Source: a candidate division WWE3 bacterium RAAC2_WWE3_1
GTDB lineage: Bacteria; Patescibacteriota; WWE3; UBA101185; UBA10185
Assembly: GCA_000503835.1 (NCBI GenBank)
Contig: CP006914.1
Coordinates: 593,680 to 657,679 of the forward strand
DNA: 64,000 nucleotides
Direction: 5' to 3'
In this document: positions 38,896 through 49,500 of the stretch, piece by piece
Layout of the letters: every line of letters starts with the position of its first letter
How positions within the stretch are numbered: position 1 is the stretch's first letter
Made by a program: the position numbers and the translations under genes
The notes under the pieces: generated by a model
Told to the model about the DNA's origin: nothing
The model's input: the letters and a program-made list of their open reading frames with translations, nothing else
Databases searched by the model: none

Positions 38896-39174
38896 ATGGA
38901 AAAAATAGGAAAAGTATTACAGAAAAGAAATATCGTCGGGGACGTCAGGAATAAACACGAGTTCCAGGCATTCGGCAACAGGCTTGCCGACGAGCTCAAC
39001 GACCGCAAACACCGCTCTTTGTACATAAAACTGGCCAAAACCGAAGACCGTGCGTTACTGGAAGTCGCCCGAGAATTTGTTATGGGATCGGAAAAAGCAA
39101 CCACAAAAGGCCGGTTGTTTATGTGGAAACTAAGTGAACTCAAAAAACAAAGGTTGAACAAAAAATCCGAATAA
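38896..39174 (+). CDS. Hypothetical protein
   Basis: 92 aa ORF in operon context. Confidence 0.65.
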   Translation: MEKIGKVLQKRNIVGDVRNKHEFQAFGNRLADELNDRKHRSLYIKLAKTEDRALLEVAREFVMGSEKATTKGRLFMWKLSELKKQRLNKKSE

Positions 39175-39190
39175 ACTAGTATTTAAGTAC

Positions 39191-39736
39191 ATGGACAAAA
39201 AAAGCGTTCTTTCTCTCCGAACACAATTCATAATCTCCGCCGTAGTCGCTATAGTCTTTCTTGCGACAGTAGTTGAGAGATCCACAATAAGTGCCGTATT
39301 CACCGTACTTGCCTCTCTTCTGGGTACTTTAGTGCTCGATCTCGAATACCCTCTCTATGCATATTTCTTCGAGCCTGAAAGGGGTTTTTCCAAAAATTTC
39401 AGAAACTACGTCAAAGATAAAGATTATAAGGGTGCTTTAAAATACGTTTTTTATAACAAAGGTGATGTCGTAGACAAATCTTTGAACAGCGCGTTGTTCC
39501 AAATAATATTTGCCGTACTTACAGTACTTGTAGCATATACATCAACTTCAAGAATAGTGACAGCACTCGTCTTCTCAATATTTGCGAACTCTATTTTTAA
39601 AATGTGGGAACACTACTTTAGCGGACAAACTGATGAATGGTTCTGGGCCTTAAAAAACAAACCGGATAAGAAAGGGGTTATTCTTTACTCTGCGGCGATG
39701 ATTGCAGTCCTCGTGGTAAGTTTTCTAATTGTCTAA
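39191..39736 (+). CDS. Membrane protein
   Basis: 181 aa with several TM segments. Confidence 0.7.
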   Translation: MDKKSVLSLRTQFIISAVVAIVFLATVVERSTISAVFTVLASLLGTLVLDLEYPLYAYFFEPERGFSKNFRNYVKDKDYKGALKYVFYNKGDVVDKSLNSALFQIIFAVLTVLVAYTSTSRIVTALVFSIFANSIFKMWEHYFSGQTDEWFWALKNKPDKKGVILYSAAMIAVLVVSFLIV

Positions 39737-40405
39737 GTGGTATCTCTATACGGAATTTTAATATCCATATCTATCCTTGCCTGTCTGTTGACCGCAGAAA
39801 AGATTTTCCCTGATAAGAAAAAGGCGGTTTGGGACATGGGATTTTACGCGGTATTATCCGGGATTGTCGGCGCCCGTCTATATCATGTAATAGACTACCG
39901 GCAATATTATGCTCAGGATCCCGGAAAGATTTTTATGTTATGGAACGGGGGGCTGGGAATCTGGGGTGCTGTCATCGGAGGAGCGCTGGGAGTATTTATC
40001 TACGCGTTAAAACATAAAAAATCTTTTATTGAGCTTGCCGAGGTCGCGGCAACGGTACTTCCCCTCGGACAGGCAATCGGGAGATGGGGAAATTACTTCA
40101 ATTCGGAACTGGCCGGAAAGGAAACTACGCTACCTTGGGCAATACAGGGTAAACACCCGATTTTTTTCTACGAATCATTTTTAAATTTTCTGCTTTTTTT
40201 CTTTTTAGTCAGGGCGGCCAAAAAAGAGCGTGTTCCGGGTGTATTAATTTCCATATATCTTTTCGGGTACGGCATCATAAGATTCTTTCTCGAATTTTTG
40301 CGGGTAGCACCGTGGAAGGTTGGCGCCTTGAATGTGGCCCAAATGGTATCTATACTTTCAATAGTGATGTCTCTATTTATTTATATAAAAGGACGCCGCG
40401 CATGA
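39737..40405 (+). CDS. lgt: Prolipoprotein diacylglyceryl transferase
   Basis: GARLYHV, WNGGLGIWG, QAIGRWGNYFN, RFFLEFLR. Confidence 0.93.
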   Translation: MVSLYGILISISILACLLTAEKIFPDKKKAVWDMGFYAVLSGIVGARLYHVIDYRQYYAQDPGKIFMLWNGGLGIWGAVIGGALGVFIYALKHKKSFIELAEVAATVLPLGQAIGRWGNYFNSELAGKETTLPWAIQGKHPIFFYESFLNFLLFFFLVRAAKKERVPGVLISIYLFGYGIIRFFLEFLRVAPWKVGALNVAQMVSILSIVMSLFIYIKGRRA

Positions 40406-40830
40406 TATTTTTAGCATCCGACCACGGTGGTCTGGACATTAAAAAAGAGTTAGCCAGATTCCTGGAGGAAACAGGAATCCCGCATGAGGACCTGGGACCG
40501 TTCACTTTTGACCCGGACGACGACTACCCGGACTTCGCCGACAAACTCGTGAAAAAAATGTTGGAAACACCCGACTCCAAGGGAGTGCTGATTTGTAGAA
40601 ACGGAGTTGGAGTTACTATTGCCGCCAACAGAAATAAAGGGATTAGAGCCGGGCTTTCGTGGAACGAAACTCACGCTGCTTCTACAAGACGGGACGACGA
40701 CACAAATATACTCACGTTACCGGCAGACTACATAAAAATCCATGAAGCCCTGACGATATTCAAAACCTGGATGAATACCCCTTTTAGTAACGCGGAGAGA
40801 CATAAAAGAAGACTAGCCAAAATACTATGA
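40402..40830 (+). CDS. rpiB: Ribose-5-phosphate isomerase B
   Basis: SDHGG, DYPD, ICRNGVG, ERHKRR; start ATG 40402. Confidence 0.92.
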   Translation: MIFLASDHGGLDIKKELARFLEETGIPHEDLGPFTFDPDDDYPDFADKLVKKMLETPDSKGVLICRNGVGVTIAANRNKGIRAGLSWNETHAASTRRDDDTNILTLPADYIKIHEALTIFKTWMNTPFSNAERHKRRLAKIL

Positions 40831-41453
40831 TTATTCCTGCCATTCTCGAAAAGAAACCTGAGGAAATCAGACGGAAGATAAGTCTGGTTGACGGTCAGTG
40901 TGAATACATACAAATCGATATAGCAGACGGAAAATTTGTGTCCGAAAGTTCCTACGCCAACATCGAAGACATTGCTTCTCTCGAACCCATTTCAAAACTT
41001 GAGATACATCTCATGACTGATCACCCCGAAATTTATGTTGAAGAAAGATATCAAAGTATATTCAAAATATCTGCTCACATAGAGGCAAAGGGCATAGAAG
41101 ATTTTGTCAGAAAAGCCGTAGAAAAAAGATACACTGTGGGTGTAAGTGTTAAACCGGAAACTCCTCTGGAAAATATAGACCACTTGCCCGGTGGAATTAG
41201 TTTCGTTCAATTTCTAACCGTGCGCCCGGGAAAACAGGGAAACGAAATAATACGCGATGTGTTTCCGAAAATTACAAGTTTTAAAGAAAACCACCCCGGT
41301 ATTAAAGTGCAGGCCGACGGCGGTATAAATGAACAGAATTTAAGCGAGGTCTTGAAATTAGGTGTAGATGATGTTGTAATTGGTTCCCGGATATTTGACT
41401 CGGAAAATCCTGCCGGGATGCTGGCAAAATTAAAGGAGCTAATATTACAATGA
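40827..41453 (+). CDS. rpe: Ribulose-phosphate 3-epimerase
   Basis: DIADGKFV, EIHLM, PGKQG, ADGGIN. Confidence 0.88.
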   Translation: MIIPAILEKKPEEIRRKISLVDGQCEYIQIDIADGKFVSESSYANIEDIASLEPISKLEIHLMTDHPEIYVEERYQSIFKISAHIEAKGIEDFVRKAVEKRYTVGVSVKPETPLENIDHLPGGISFVQFLTVRPGKQGNEIIRDVFPKITSFKENHPGIKVQADGGINEQNLSEVLKLGVDDVVIGSRIFDSENPAGMLAKLKELILQ

Positions 41454-42046
41454 CGAATATAACAACAATTTCTTCAGCAGACAGTGAAAATAAATTATAT
41501 AAACGCATCGCCTTTTTGGGCGGAGCCGCATGGAAAGAAGACGAAGAACCTTACATCCGGGCGTTCGATACTGCCAAACTTCTCGCTGAGAACGACTATG
41601 AAATATTCAACGGGGGCGGTCCGGGGGTCATGAAGGCCGCAACAAAAGGAGCTCATGCCGGAAACGGAAAAGCATTTTCCATAACATACCACCCCAATAA
41701 ACCAAAAAGACACTACGAGGGGACTGACCCTACCAATGACGTTGATATGGAAATTGTGACACTCGATTACTTCGACAGAACAAAAGTTCTTTTACAGAAT
41801 ACCGACGTCCACATAGTTTTTAAAGGAAGCATAGGAACACTAAGTGAATTCGGAATGACCTGGGTAAGTTCCTGGATACACGAGCCCAACAGCAAGCCGA
41901 TTGTAATGTTCGGCGATTTCTGGAACGAAATTTTGGACACTATCGAAAAAAATCTTTTTATTAAACCGGCCGAAAGAAAAATGTTAACCATATGCAACAC
42001 TCCGCAGGAAGTTTTGGACTATCTTGAGTCACTAAATCGAAATTAA
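41450..42046 (+). CDS. LOG family nucleotide-binding protein
   Basis: GGGPGVMKA, GSIGTLSE. Confidence 0.8.
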   Translation: MTNITTISSADSENKLYKRIAFLGGAAWKEDEEPYIRAFDTAKLLAENDYEIFNGGGPGVMKAATKGAHAGNGKAFSITYHPNKPKRHYEGTDPTNDVDMEIVTLDYFDRTKVLLQNTDVHIVFKGSIGTLSEFGMTWVSSWIHEPNSKPIVMFGDFWNEILDTIEKNLFIKPAERKMLTICNTPQEVLDYLESLNRN

Positions 42047-42097
42047 TCTATGCAGGTGCCTTGTTAACACTTCCCACAAACCTTATACTACAAATTA

Positions 42098-42961
42098 ATG
42101 CCCCGAGCCTCTGTTAATAACGATGTTGAGAAAATATCACTCATTGCCAACAACCTGAGAGAAGAAGTAGTGAAAATGCTTTTGGAAGCCGGGAGCGGAC
42201 ACCCCGCAGGTGCTCTCGGGATGGCAGACATCTTTGCCGCACTTTATTTCAAGATTCTCAACGTAGACCCCAAAAATCCAACCGACCCGGACAGAGACAG
42301 GTTCGTATTGTCCAACGGACATATCTGTCCCATTTTTTACGCGACCCTCGCAGAAAAAGGATTTTTTCCAAAAAAAGAGCTAAAACAACTCAGAAAACTT
42401 AATTCTAATTTGCAGGGACACCCAAAGTTCGGCGTCCTTCCAGGTATAGAAAACTCCGGCGGCTCTCTTGGCCAGGGCCTTTCTCAGGCCGCAGGAATGG
42501 CACTGGCGGCAAAAATACAACACCGTCCATTCCGTGTATACTGTGTTACCGGAGACGGGGAAATGCAGGAAGGACAGATTTGGGAAGCAGCGATGTTTGC
42601 CCCGAACAAGAAGCTGGACAACCTTACCTGGATAATCGATAGAAATAATATACAAATCAGCGGACGCACCGAGGACGTAATGCCTCTGGAAAATTTACGC
42701 AACAAACTTGAAAGTTTTAACTGGTACGTGATAGAAATTGACGGACATAACATCGAAGAAATTATCGGCGCATGCAATATGGCACGTTCGGTAAGTCAGC
42801 GTCCGACTGCTATAATTGCACATACCATACCCGGTAAGGGTGTAGAATTTATGGAGTATAAATTTGAATGGCACGGAAAGGTTCCATCCAAAGAACAGGC
42901 TTTAAAAGCACTAAAAAGTCTGGCCTCGTTGGAAGGCAAAATAAAATCGGATTATGACTAA
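42098..42961 (+). CDS. Transketolase, N-terminal subunit
   Basis: SGHP, DRFVLSNGH, GSLGQG, GDGEMQEG. Confidence 0.93.
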   Translation: MPRASVNNDVEKISLIANNLREEVVKMLLEAGSGHPAGALGMADIFAALYFKILNVDPKNPTDPDRDRFVLSNGHICPIFYATLAEKGFFPKKELKQLRKLNSNLQGHPKFGVLPGIENSGGSLGQGLSQAAGMALAAKIQHRPFRVYCVTGDGEMQEGQIWEAAMFAPNKKLDNLTWIIDRNNIQISGRTEDVMPLENLRNKLESFNWYVIEIDGHNIEEIIGACNMARSVSQRPTAIIAHTIPGKGVEFMEYKFEWHGKVPSKEQALKALKSLASLEGKIKSDYD

Positions 42962-43547
42962 TAAAACAAAAACAACTTTAAACATGAGCCTGCTTCCTTT
43001 GGTAGTTATCGTAGTATTAATGATAGGAGCAGGTTATTTTTTACTACAGGGAGAAATAAAACTCCCGGGCTTTAATAAAGGCACGGAGATTAGGCGGTTG
43101 GACGGATTTCCTACGGTTATAACAACTGACGTGGCTCTTGAAAAACAACGAAGAATAATCAAATCCCCCGAAGAGCTGGCTGAGTTCCTGAATTACATTG
43201 ATCCCACGGGGTTAACGGAAGTCAGAGACTCGGTAAATTACGACCGCGAATTTCTATTGGCCGTATCTTCTGATCTTCAGGACGAGACCGGACATAAAAT
43301 GAGAATTAAAAAGGTCTACGAAGATAAGAATGCTAAACACCTACTGGTTCTTATAGAAGAAACAGATAAAGGCGATAACTGCGAGGTCGAGGTGGAAGGA
43401 AATATAACAGCCGACGTCGTAGCCATTTCCAAAACCGACTACGAAATAAGCTTTGACCGTGTCAAAAAAGTTGAGAACTGCGAAAAAGAAGAGGTAACGG
43501 AAGAAGAAACACAGCCTACCGAAGGACAGCCCGGTCCTCAACAATAA
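42954..43547 (+). CDS. Membrane-anchored protein, PrcB C-terminal-like domain
   Basis: N-terminal TM; VNYDREFLLAV...GHKMRIKKV...C pattern. Confidence 0.6.
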   Translation: MTNKTKTTLNMSLLPLVVIVVLMIGAGYFLLQGEIKLPGFNKGTEIRRLDGFPTVITTDVALEKQRRIIKSPEELAEFLNYIDPTGLTEVRDSVNYDREFLLAVSSDLQDETGHKMRIKKVYEDKNAKHLLVLIEETDKGDNCEVEVEGNITADVVAISKTDYEISFDRVKKVENCEKEEVTEEETQPTEGQPGPQQ

Positions 43548-43567
43548 GTAGTAACGCACACTGCCCG

Positions 43568-44554
43568 ATGCTTAATAAAACACTAAATCTAAACGAAGAG
43601 GTATTTCTGCAGGACTCGGAGTTAAAGTCCGGACGGGACGGCTTCGGCGAGGCAATTCTCAAACTGGGCGAAGAACATGAGGATGTAGTTGTTCTCACAG
43701 CAGATCTTGAAGAATCTTTACGCCTGACACCTTTTAAGAAAAAGTTCCCCGACAGATTTATTGAGACTGGAATCGCCGAACAGAACATGGCAAGTATGGG
43801 AGCGGGAATGGCTTTGTCGGGACTTGTGCCCTTTATGACTTCCCACGCAGTTTTTTCACCTTACAGAAACTGGGACCAGATCAGACTTTCGATTTGCTTC
43901 AGCAATGCAAATGTAAAAATTGTGGGCTCCCACGCAGGTTTTTCAAACAGCCCTGACGGAGGAGCCGCAGAGTCTCTCGAAGATATTGCACTTACAAGAG
44001 TACTACCTAACTTAACAGTGATAAGTCCCATAGATTACGAACAAACAAAAAGGGCTGTCGAAGAAATGTATAAAATACACGGTCCCGTCTACTTAAGAAT
44101 CTGCAAAGAACCTACTCCCCAAATAACAACCGAAATAACACCTTTTGAGACTGGGAGAGCCTACACTTTGATCGAAGGTACTGACCTAACGATATTCACC
44201 ACAGGCACGATTGCTTACGAAGCACTGGAGGCCGCTAAAGTACTAAAGGCCGGACATAAAATAAATATTGAAGTGGTGGCTGTCCCCACTATAAAGCCTC
44301 TGGATAAAGAAAACATTATAGGTTCCGCTAAAAAGACGGGAAGATGCGTAAGTCTGGAAGAACACCAAATTAACGGGGGGTTCGGTTCCGCAATCTCCGA
44401 ACTTCTCGCGGAGGAATTTCCGGTGTTCAACCTGAGAATTGGCGTCAGTGACACATTCGGAGAGTCCGGAACTTACAGGGAGTTAAAGGACAAATATGGT
44501 ATTAGCTCTCACCACGTTGTAGAGGCTATACTTAATATGTTCAAAGAAAAATAA
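43568..44554 (+). CDS. Transketolase, C-terminal subunit
   Basis: GIAEQNM, WDQIR, GPVYLR, EEHQINGGFG, FGESG. Confidence 0.93.
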   Translation: MLNKTLNLNEEVFLQDSELKSGRDGFGEAILKLGEEHEDVVVLTADLEESLRLTPFKKKFPDRFIETGIAEQNMASMGAGMALSGLVPFMTSHAVFSPYRNWDQIRLSICFSNANVKIVGSHAGFSNSPDGGAAESLEDIALTRVLPNLTVISPIDYEQTKRAVEEMYKIHGPVYLRICKEPTPQITTEITPFETGRAYTLIEGTDLTIFTTGTIAYEALEAAKVLKAGHKINIEVVAVPTIKPLDKENIIGSAKKTGRCVSLEEHQINGGFGSAISELLAEEFPVFNLRIGVSDTFGESGTYRELKDKYGISSHHVVEAILNMFKEK

Positions 44555-44555
44555 T

Positions 44556-45503
44556 ATGGACCTGCTCACTATAGGCGATGTAGCCATAGATCTATATATG
44601 AAAATCGGTGCCAAGGACGGACTTCCGTTGGTGGAAGGGGGTGCCGGACCCAAGATTTGCTTTTACCACGGCTCTAAAATACCTGTCGAGCACTTCGAGA
44701 CCGCAGTTGCTGGAAATTCACTGAATGTGGCGGTCGGAGGCAAGAAACTTGGCCTGGAAACAGTAATTTACACTGAAATCGGCGATGACGAAAACGGAGA
44801 AAGGGTTGTAACCGAGCTAAATTCTCACGGTGTAGATACGGATTTCTGTATCGAGACGCCGGGCCACGATACTAACGTGAACAGCGTTATTATTTACGGC
44901 AACGACAGAACAATATTTAGCTACCACGCGGAGAGAAACTACAAAATACTGGATTGGCAAAAACCCAAGTGGATCTACTACACATCAATGGGTAAGGGTT
45001 TTGAAGACTTCCAGTACAAACTTATTGAGTATGTAAAGCAAAACCCGGGCGTGGGTATAGCGTTCAACCCCGGTACAATTCAGATGAAGCACGGTCTAAA
45101 AACTTTTGAAAACGTTTTAAAGATTACCGATATATTCTTTCTGAACCGCGAAGAAGCTATAGCTCTCGTAGGCAAAGGTGAAACCGAGGAACTTCATCAA
45201 AAACTCCACAAGCTCGGTCCTAAAATGACGGTCATTACCGATTCGAACAGCGGGGCTTCGTGCAGTGACGAAAGCAAAGTAACTTTTCAAAAAAGCTACT
45301 CCGATGAGAGACCGATTGCAGATAAAACGGGGGCGGGAGATGCTTTCGCCTCAGGCTTTTTGTCGGCAATATTCTACGGAAAACCCACGGAAACAGCGCT
45401 GAAGTGGGGCGTAGCCAATGCCGGAAGTATCATAAAAGAGATAGGAACAACTAAAGGTCTTCTTACTAAAAAAGAAATTGAAGGTATTATTAAACAGATA
45501 TGA
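44556..45503 (+). CDS. PfkB family carbohydrate kinase
   Basis: GNSLNVA, FNPG, DKTGAGDAFASG. Confidence 0.9.
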   Translation: MDLLTIGDVAIDLYMKIGAKDGLPLVEGGAGPKICFYHGSKIPVEHFETAVAGNSLNVAVGGKKLGLETVIYTEIGDDENGERVVTELNSHGVDTDFCIETPGHDTNVNSVIIYGNDRTIFSYHAERNYKILDWQKPKWIYYTSMGKGFEDFQYKLIEYVKQNPGVGIAFNPGTIQMKHGLKTFENVLKITDIFFLNREEAIALVGKGETEELHQKLHKLGPKMTVITDSNSGASCSDESKVTFQKSYSDERPIADKTGAGDAFASGFLSAIFYGKPTETALKWGVANAGSIIKEIGTTKGLLTKKEIEGIIKQI

Positions 45504-46363
45504 AAGCACAGGAGTTACTAAAAAAAGCACGGGAAAAAGGCGTGGCCATTGGTGCATTCAATGTGGGCAACCTTGAAACTTTTAAGGCGATCACACAGGC
45601 CGCAAAAAACCTGCACAGTCCCGTTCTGATAGAAGCTTCGCCCGGTGAGGCGGGTTTTATGGGATTTAAGCAACTGGTGTACCTCGCGCGTGCATACGAG
45701 GATCAAATACAGCTACCGATAATCTTAAACCTTGACCACGGAGAATCCGTAGAGAGCATCCTGGAGGCAATAAAGGCCGGATTTGATTATGTCCACTATG
45801 ACGGAAGTAAATTCTCTTACGAAGAAAATCTTGAAAATGCATCTATTGTTGTTGAAGAAGCACACAAAAAGGAAATAATGGTCGAGGGAGAAATAGATCA
45901 CATAGAAGGAAGTTCAGCGGACCACACAAAAGAGAATACAAAAATGTATTCCAAACCCGAGCTTTTTACCAATCCCCAAAAGGCAAAAGAATTCGTTGAA
46001 AAAACGGGCGTAGATGTCTTTGCCAGCTTCATCGGTAATCTCCACGGAATATACGCAGATGTCATTCACCTTAACCTCGACAAATTAAAGGAGATTTGCA
46101 CCGCCCTTCCCCACACGTACCTTTCCCTCCACGGAGGATCCGGAGTTTATGATGACGATGTAAAACACGCGATAAAGATGGGGATTGTAAAGGTAAACGT
46201 GAATTCCGAGCTAAGGGTAGCTTTCAAAATGACTCTGCAGGAGGAAATCGGCAAAACAACTGAAATTGCCCCTTACAAATACATGAAACGTCCAATCGAA
46301 GAAGTTCAAAAGGTTGTTGAAACTAAAATGAAGCTCTTCGGTTCTCCCGAGCTTTTAAAATGA
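45500..46363 (+). CDS. fba: Class II fructose-bisphosphate aldolase
   Basis: AFNV, NLDHG, DGS, GNLHG, LHGGSG, KVNVNSE. Confidence 0.9.
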   Translation: MKAQELLKKAREKGVAIGAFNVGNLETFKAITQAAKNLHSPVLIEASPGEAGFMGFKQLVYLARAYEDQIQLPIILNLDHGESVESILEAIKAGFDYVHYDGSKFSYEENLENASIVVEEAHKKEIMVEGEIDHIEGSSADHTKENTKMYSKPELFTNPQKAKEFVEKTGVDVFASFIGNLHGIYADVIHLNLDKLKEICTALPHTYLSLHGGSGVYDDDVKHAIKMGIVKVNVNSELRVAFKMTLQEEIGKTTEIAPYKYMKRPIEEVQKVVETKMKLFGSPELLK

Positions 46364-47355
46364 AATTACTAATCACGCGTGAAATTCCCCGGGCGGGTAT
46401 CAATATATTAAAGCAGTATAAAGACATTGAGATTGATTACAGACAGGGACCCCCGTTGTCTGAAAAAGAATTGCTGACAGCCGTAAAAGATGCGGATGCA
46501 ATAATTCCCGTAATCCCCGACAAAATAAATAAGAAGATCATCAATGCAGCGAAAAAATTAAGGGTAATCGCCGCATACTCTGTAGGATACGACCATATAG
46601 ATGTTGAGCACGCAACTTCGAAAAATATTTTCGTCGGGAACACGCCGGGGGACCTTACTGAGTCAGTAGCTGAACACGCACTCGCTCTCATGCTGTCGGC
46701 GGGTAGACGAATTCCCGAAGCCGACCGATTTTGCAGGGCGGGTAATAATAAATACTGGAATCCGATGAATTTTGTCGGTCCAAAAATAATGGGGGACACC
46801 CTCGGAATTATCGGTTTCGGAAGAATCGGTCAGCACCTTGCACGCATGGCTAAAAACGGCCTGAGCATGAGGATATTGTACACAGATGTAAATAGGCACC
46901 CCGAAGCCGAAAGCCTGTTAGACGCAGAAAAAGTCGAGCTTGACTACCTGCTCGAAAATAGTGATTTCATATCCATTCACTGCAACCTCACACCTGAAAC
47001 CGAAAACCTGATAGGAGAAAACGAATTCAGAAAAATGAAACCTCTTGCGTACATAGTAAATACCGCGCGGGGAAAGATTATAAACGAAGAAGCACTGGCC
47101 AGAGCATTAAAACAGAATTATATCGCCGGAGCTGCTCTTGATGTATTCGCCGACGAGCCTGAGATACATCCCGACTTAAAATTATTGGACAACATAGTTC
47201 TCACGCCACACATAGGAAGTGCAACGTGGGAAGCCAGGTTACAAATGGCACGCATGGCTGCGGAAAATGTTGTAGATGTGCTGATAAGTAACAAGCCCCC
47301 AAGATATCTCGTGAACAAGGAACTCATGAAAGAAACGGTCGCATCTCTTATTTGA
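46360..47355 (+). CDS. D-2-hydroxyacid dehydrogenase (glyoxylate reductase/D-glycerate dehydrogenase-like)
   Basis: VGYDHID, GFGRIG, NTARG, LDVF..EP, TPHIGSAT. Confidence 0.9.
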   Translation: MKLLITREIPRAGINILKQYKDIEIDYRQGPPLSEKELLTAVKDADAIIPVIPDKINKKIINAAKKLRVIAAYSVGYDHIDVEHATSKNIFVGNTPGDLTESVAEHALALMLSAGRRIPEADRFCRAGNNKYWNPMNFVGPKIMGDTLGIIGFGRIGQHLARMAKNGLSMRILYTDVNRHPEAESLLDAEKVELDYLLENSDFISIHCNLTPETENLIGENEFRKMKPLAYIVNTARGKIINEEALARALKQNYIAGAALDVFADEPEIHPDLKLLDNIVLTPHIGSATWEARLQMARMAAENVVDVLISNKPPRYLVNKELMKETVASLI

Positions 47356-47368
47356 TAAAATTACTCTG

Positions 47369-47929
47369 ATGAAAGAATTTATAGTACGTAATAAACAAAT
47401 ATTTATCACGGGCGCTGTAATCGCCGGAATTTTTCTGTTAATAATTCTTACCTCGTCGGCACGGAAAGTTAAAGGCCCGATTCTCGCACCTTCCGAAAGT
47501 AGTACCGGAAAGGAAGTGTTAACTAATCCCGGGGTTAACACCGGCAGTAACTACACCCCCAAAGGTCTCTGGAACGCACCTTCGCTGTCGGACGAACCTG
47601 TAGATAAAAACACTCCGGAAACGCCGGAGGAAGAGCCTGTCGAAAAACCAAAAGAAATTCTTAAGATTACCTTTGACGACCTGGGTTTTTCCCCTTCCTC
47701 GACAAACGGACTCAAGTATCAAACGGTAAGATGGACAAACAGAACCGACAAAAGTATTTATCTTCAGCAGATGAAAGATTTTTTTGAAGAATTCAGAAAA
47801 CCGGTGGAGATAGCGTCCGGCGGTACTCTGGAATTTGAACTGAACAGAACGGGAATGTGGGGATACAAAGAAACAGACAGCGGAAAAATGGGGAGCATCT
47901 TTATACTTCTGGAAAAACCGGAAAATTAA
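47369..47929 (+). CDS. Membrane-anchored protein with cupredoxin-like C-terminal fold
   Basis: N-terminal TM, GFSP...VRWTN...G.WGY pattern, no obvious Cu ligands. Confidence 0.55.
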   Translation: MKEFIVRNKQIFITGAVIAGIFLLIILTSSARKVKGPILAPSESSTGKEVLTNPGVNTGSNYTPKGLWNAPSLSDEPVDKNTPETPEEEPVEKPKEILKITFDDLGFSPSSTNGLKYQTVRWTNRTDKSIYLQQMKDFFEEFRKPVEIASGGTLEFELNRTGMWGYKETDSGKMGSIFILLEKPEN

Positions 47930-47941
47930 TTACCGCGGCAG

Positions 47942-48577
47942 TCACACTTTATACGCTGACGGACATATTTTGTTAAGCACACATTCTCCGCACTTGGGTT
48001 TTCTTGCGATGCAGATGTATCTTCCATGAAGAACAGCACTGCCTGAAAAGTTTCTCCAATATTTTTTTGGCAATAAACTCATAAGATCTTCCTCAATCTT
48101 TTTCGGTTCTGTTTGTGATGTTAACCCCAGCCTCGCAGACACCCGGGATACGTGAGTGTCCACCACAATACCTTCCGCAATTCCCCACAACTCCTGCATG
48201 ATTACGTTCGCGCTTTTTCTGGCAACTCCGGGGAGTTTCATAAGCTGCAACATATCGTGAGGCAACACGCCGTTATATAAAGACAGCACCGTACGGGCGG
48301 CGGCAACACTTCTCTCAGCTTTTCCCTTGTGGAAATTTACCTGCCTTATAAGAACCGCTACTTCACCGGTATCCGCAGAGGCCAACGCCTCCCAATTAGG
48401 ATATTTCGCAAAAAGTGCGGGGGTGACCTGGTTTACTTTCTTGTCCGTAGTTTGTGCCGACAACATTACAGAGATAGCAAGCTGATATTCGTCCGTGTGC
48501 ACAAGTTCTGTTTTGGGAGCCGGGTGTTCTATTTGTAATAACTGAGCAACTTTTTCTGCCTGTACTTTTTTGTCCAT
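47942..48577 (-). CDS. nth: Endonuclease III
   Basis: LSAQTTD, LPGVARKSAN, VDTHV, Cx6Cx2Cx5C. Confidence 0.95.
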   Translation of the reverse strand: MDKKVQAEKVAQLLQIEHPAPKTELVHTDEYQLAISVMLSAQTTDKKVNQVTPALFAKYPNWEALASADTGEVAVLIRQVNFHKGKAERSVAAARTVLSLYNGVLPHDMLQLMKLPGVARKSANVIMQELWGIAEGIVVDTHVSRVSARLGLTSQTEPKKIEEDLMSLLPKKYWRNFSGSAVLHGRYICIARKPKCGECVLNKICPSAYKV

Positions 48578-48578
48578 T

Positions 48579-49499
48579 TTAAAAAAGACCCAATTGGTTT
48601 TCGTCGGGTAAATTGGAAGAGGATTTTTTCTCTTCTTCGGGCAATAACCCCAGCCTTTTCATCAAAGATTTAAAATTATACTTACTTAACTCGGCCAGAA
48701 CTTTTTCTTTATCGTACCCCGGGTATTTAACATCGTTTAACGTAACTCCGGCCGGTACGTCCATAATAAGAGTCGCAAGTTTTTTGCTCATCAACGCTTG
48801 TTCGTAATTTTCCAGCAACTTTTCTTTTAGACTTTCGGGTGTAACCTTTTCAATATTCCTGTAAACATCTTCGACTGATCCGAATTGTTCTATCAACTTA
48901 ATGGCCGTTTTTTCTCCGATGCCGTAAACTCCCGGAATATTGTCACTCGGGTCGCCTCTTAGACCTTTGTAGTCGGCAATTTTATCGGGAGGAAATCCCA
49001 ACCTGGCGGAAACTTCGTCTTTTCCTACCCACTGAAGCTTACCCTGCTTGTCGGGAACCATAAGCATCACATTCTTTCCTGCCAGCTGCCACAAGTCGCG
49101 GTCGTTTGACGCTATTATCACATCTACTTTCCCTGAGAAACCCAGCGCCAGGGTGGCAATAATATCGTCGGCTTCGTAACCGTCTACTAAGACCTGTTTA
49201 ACCCCGAACGCACTTAACATATCCAGAGTTTTGGGTATCTGTGACGCCAGAGAATCTTCCATCGGTTTTCTGTGTGCCTTATACGCGGTAAAGTCTTCGA
49301 CACGGAAAGTAGGTTTTTGACCGTCAAGAGCTGCCACTAAATAGTCGGGTTTTACCTGCGTAAGCATATTAATAAGCATTGAGGTAACGCCGTAAAGGGC
49401 ATTTGTGGGCTCTCCGTTTGCGTCGCGGAAAGAGGGCGGCAGAGCATGGTACGCCCTGTGCAAAAAATTGAACGTGTCTATCAAAAGAAGTTTTGGCAT
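48579..49499 (-). CDS. Stand-alone 5'-3' exonuclease (Pol I N-terminal domain)
   Basis: RAYHA, YKAHR, YEADD, DRD, GDPSDNIPGVYGIGEKTA; no polymerase domain. Confidence 0.9.
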   Translation of the reverse strand: MPKLLLIDTFNFLHRAYHALPPSFRDANGEPTNALYGVTSMLINMLTQVKPDYLVAALDGQKPTFRVEDFTAYKAHRKPMEDSLASQIPKTLDMLSAFGVKQVLVDGYEADDIIATLALGFSGKVDVIIASNDRDLWQLAGKNVMLMVPDKQGKLQWVGKDEVSARLGFPPDKIADYKGLRGDPSDNIPGVYGIGEKTAIKLIEQFGSVEDVYRNIEKVTPESLKEKLLENYEQALMSKKLATLIMDVPAGVTLNDVKYPGYDKEKVLAELSKYNFKSLMKRLGLLPEEEKKSSSNLPDENQLGLF

Positions 49500-49500
49500 A

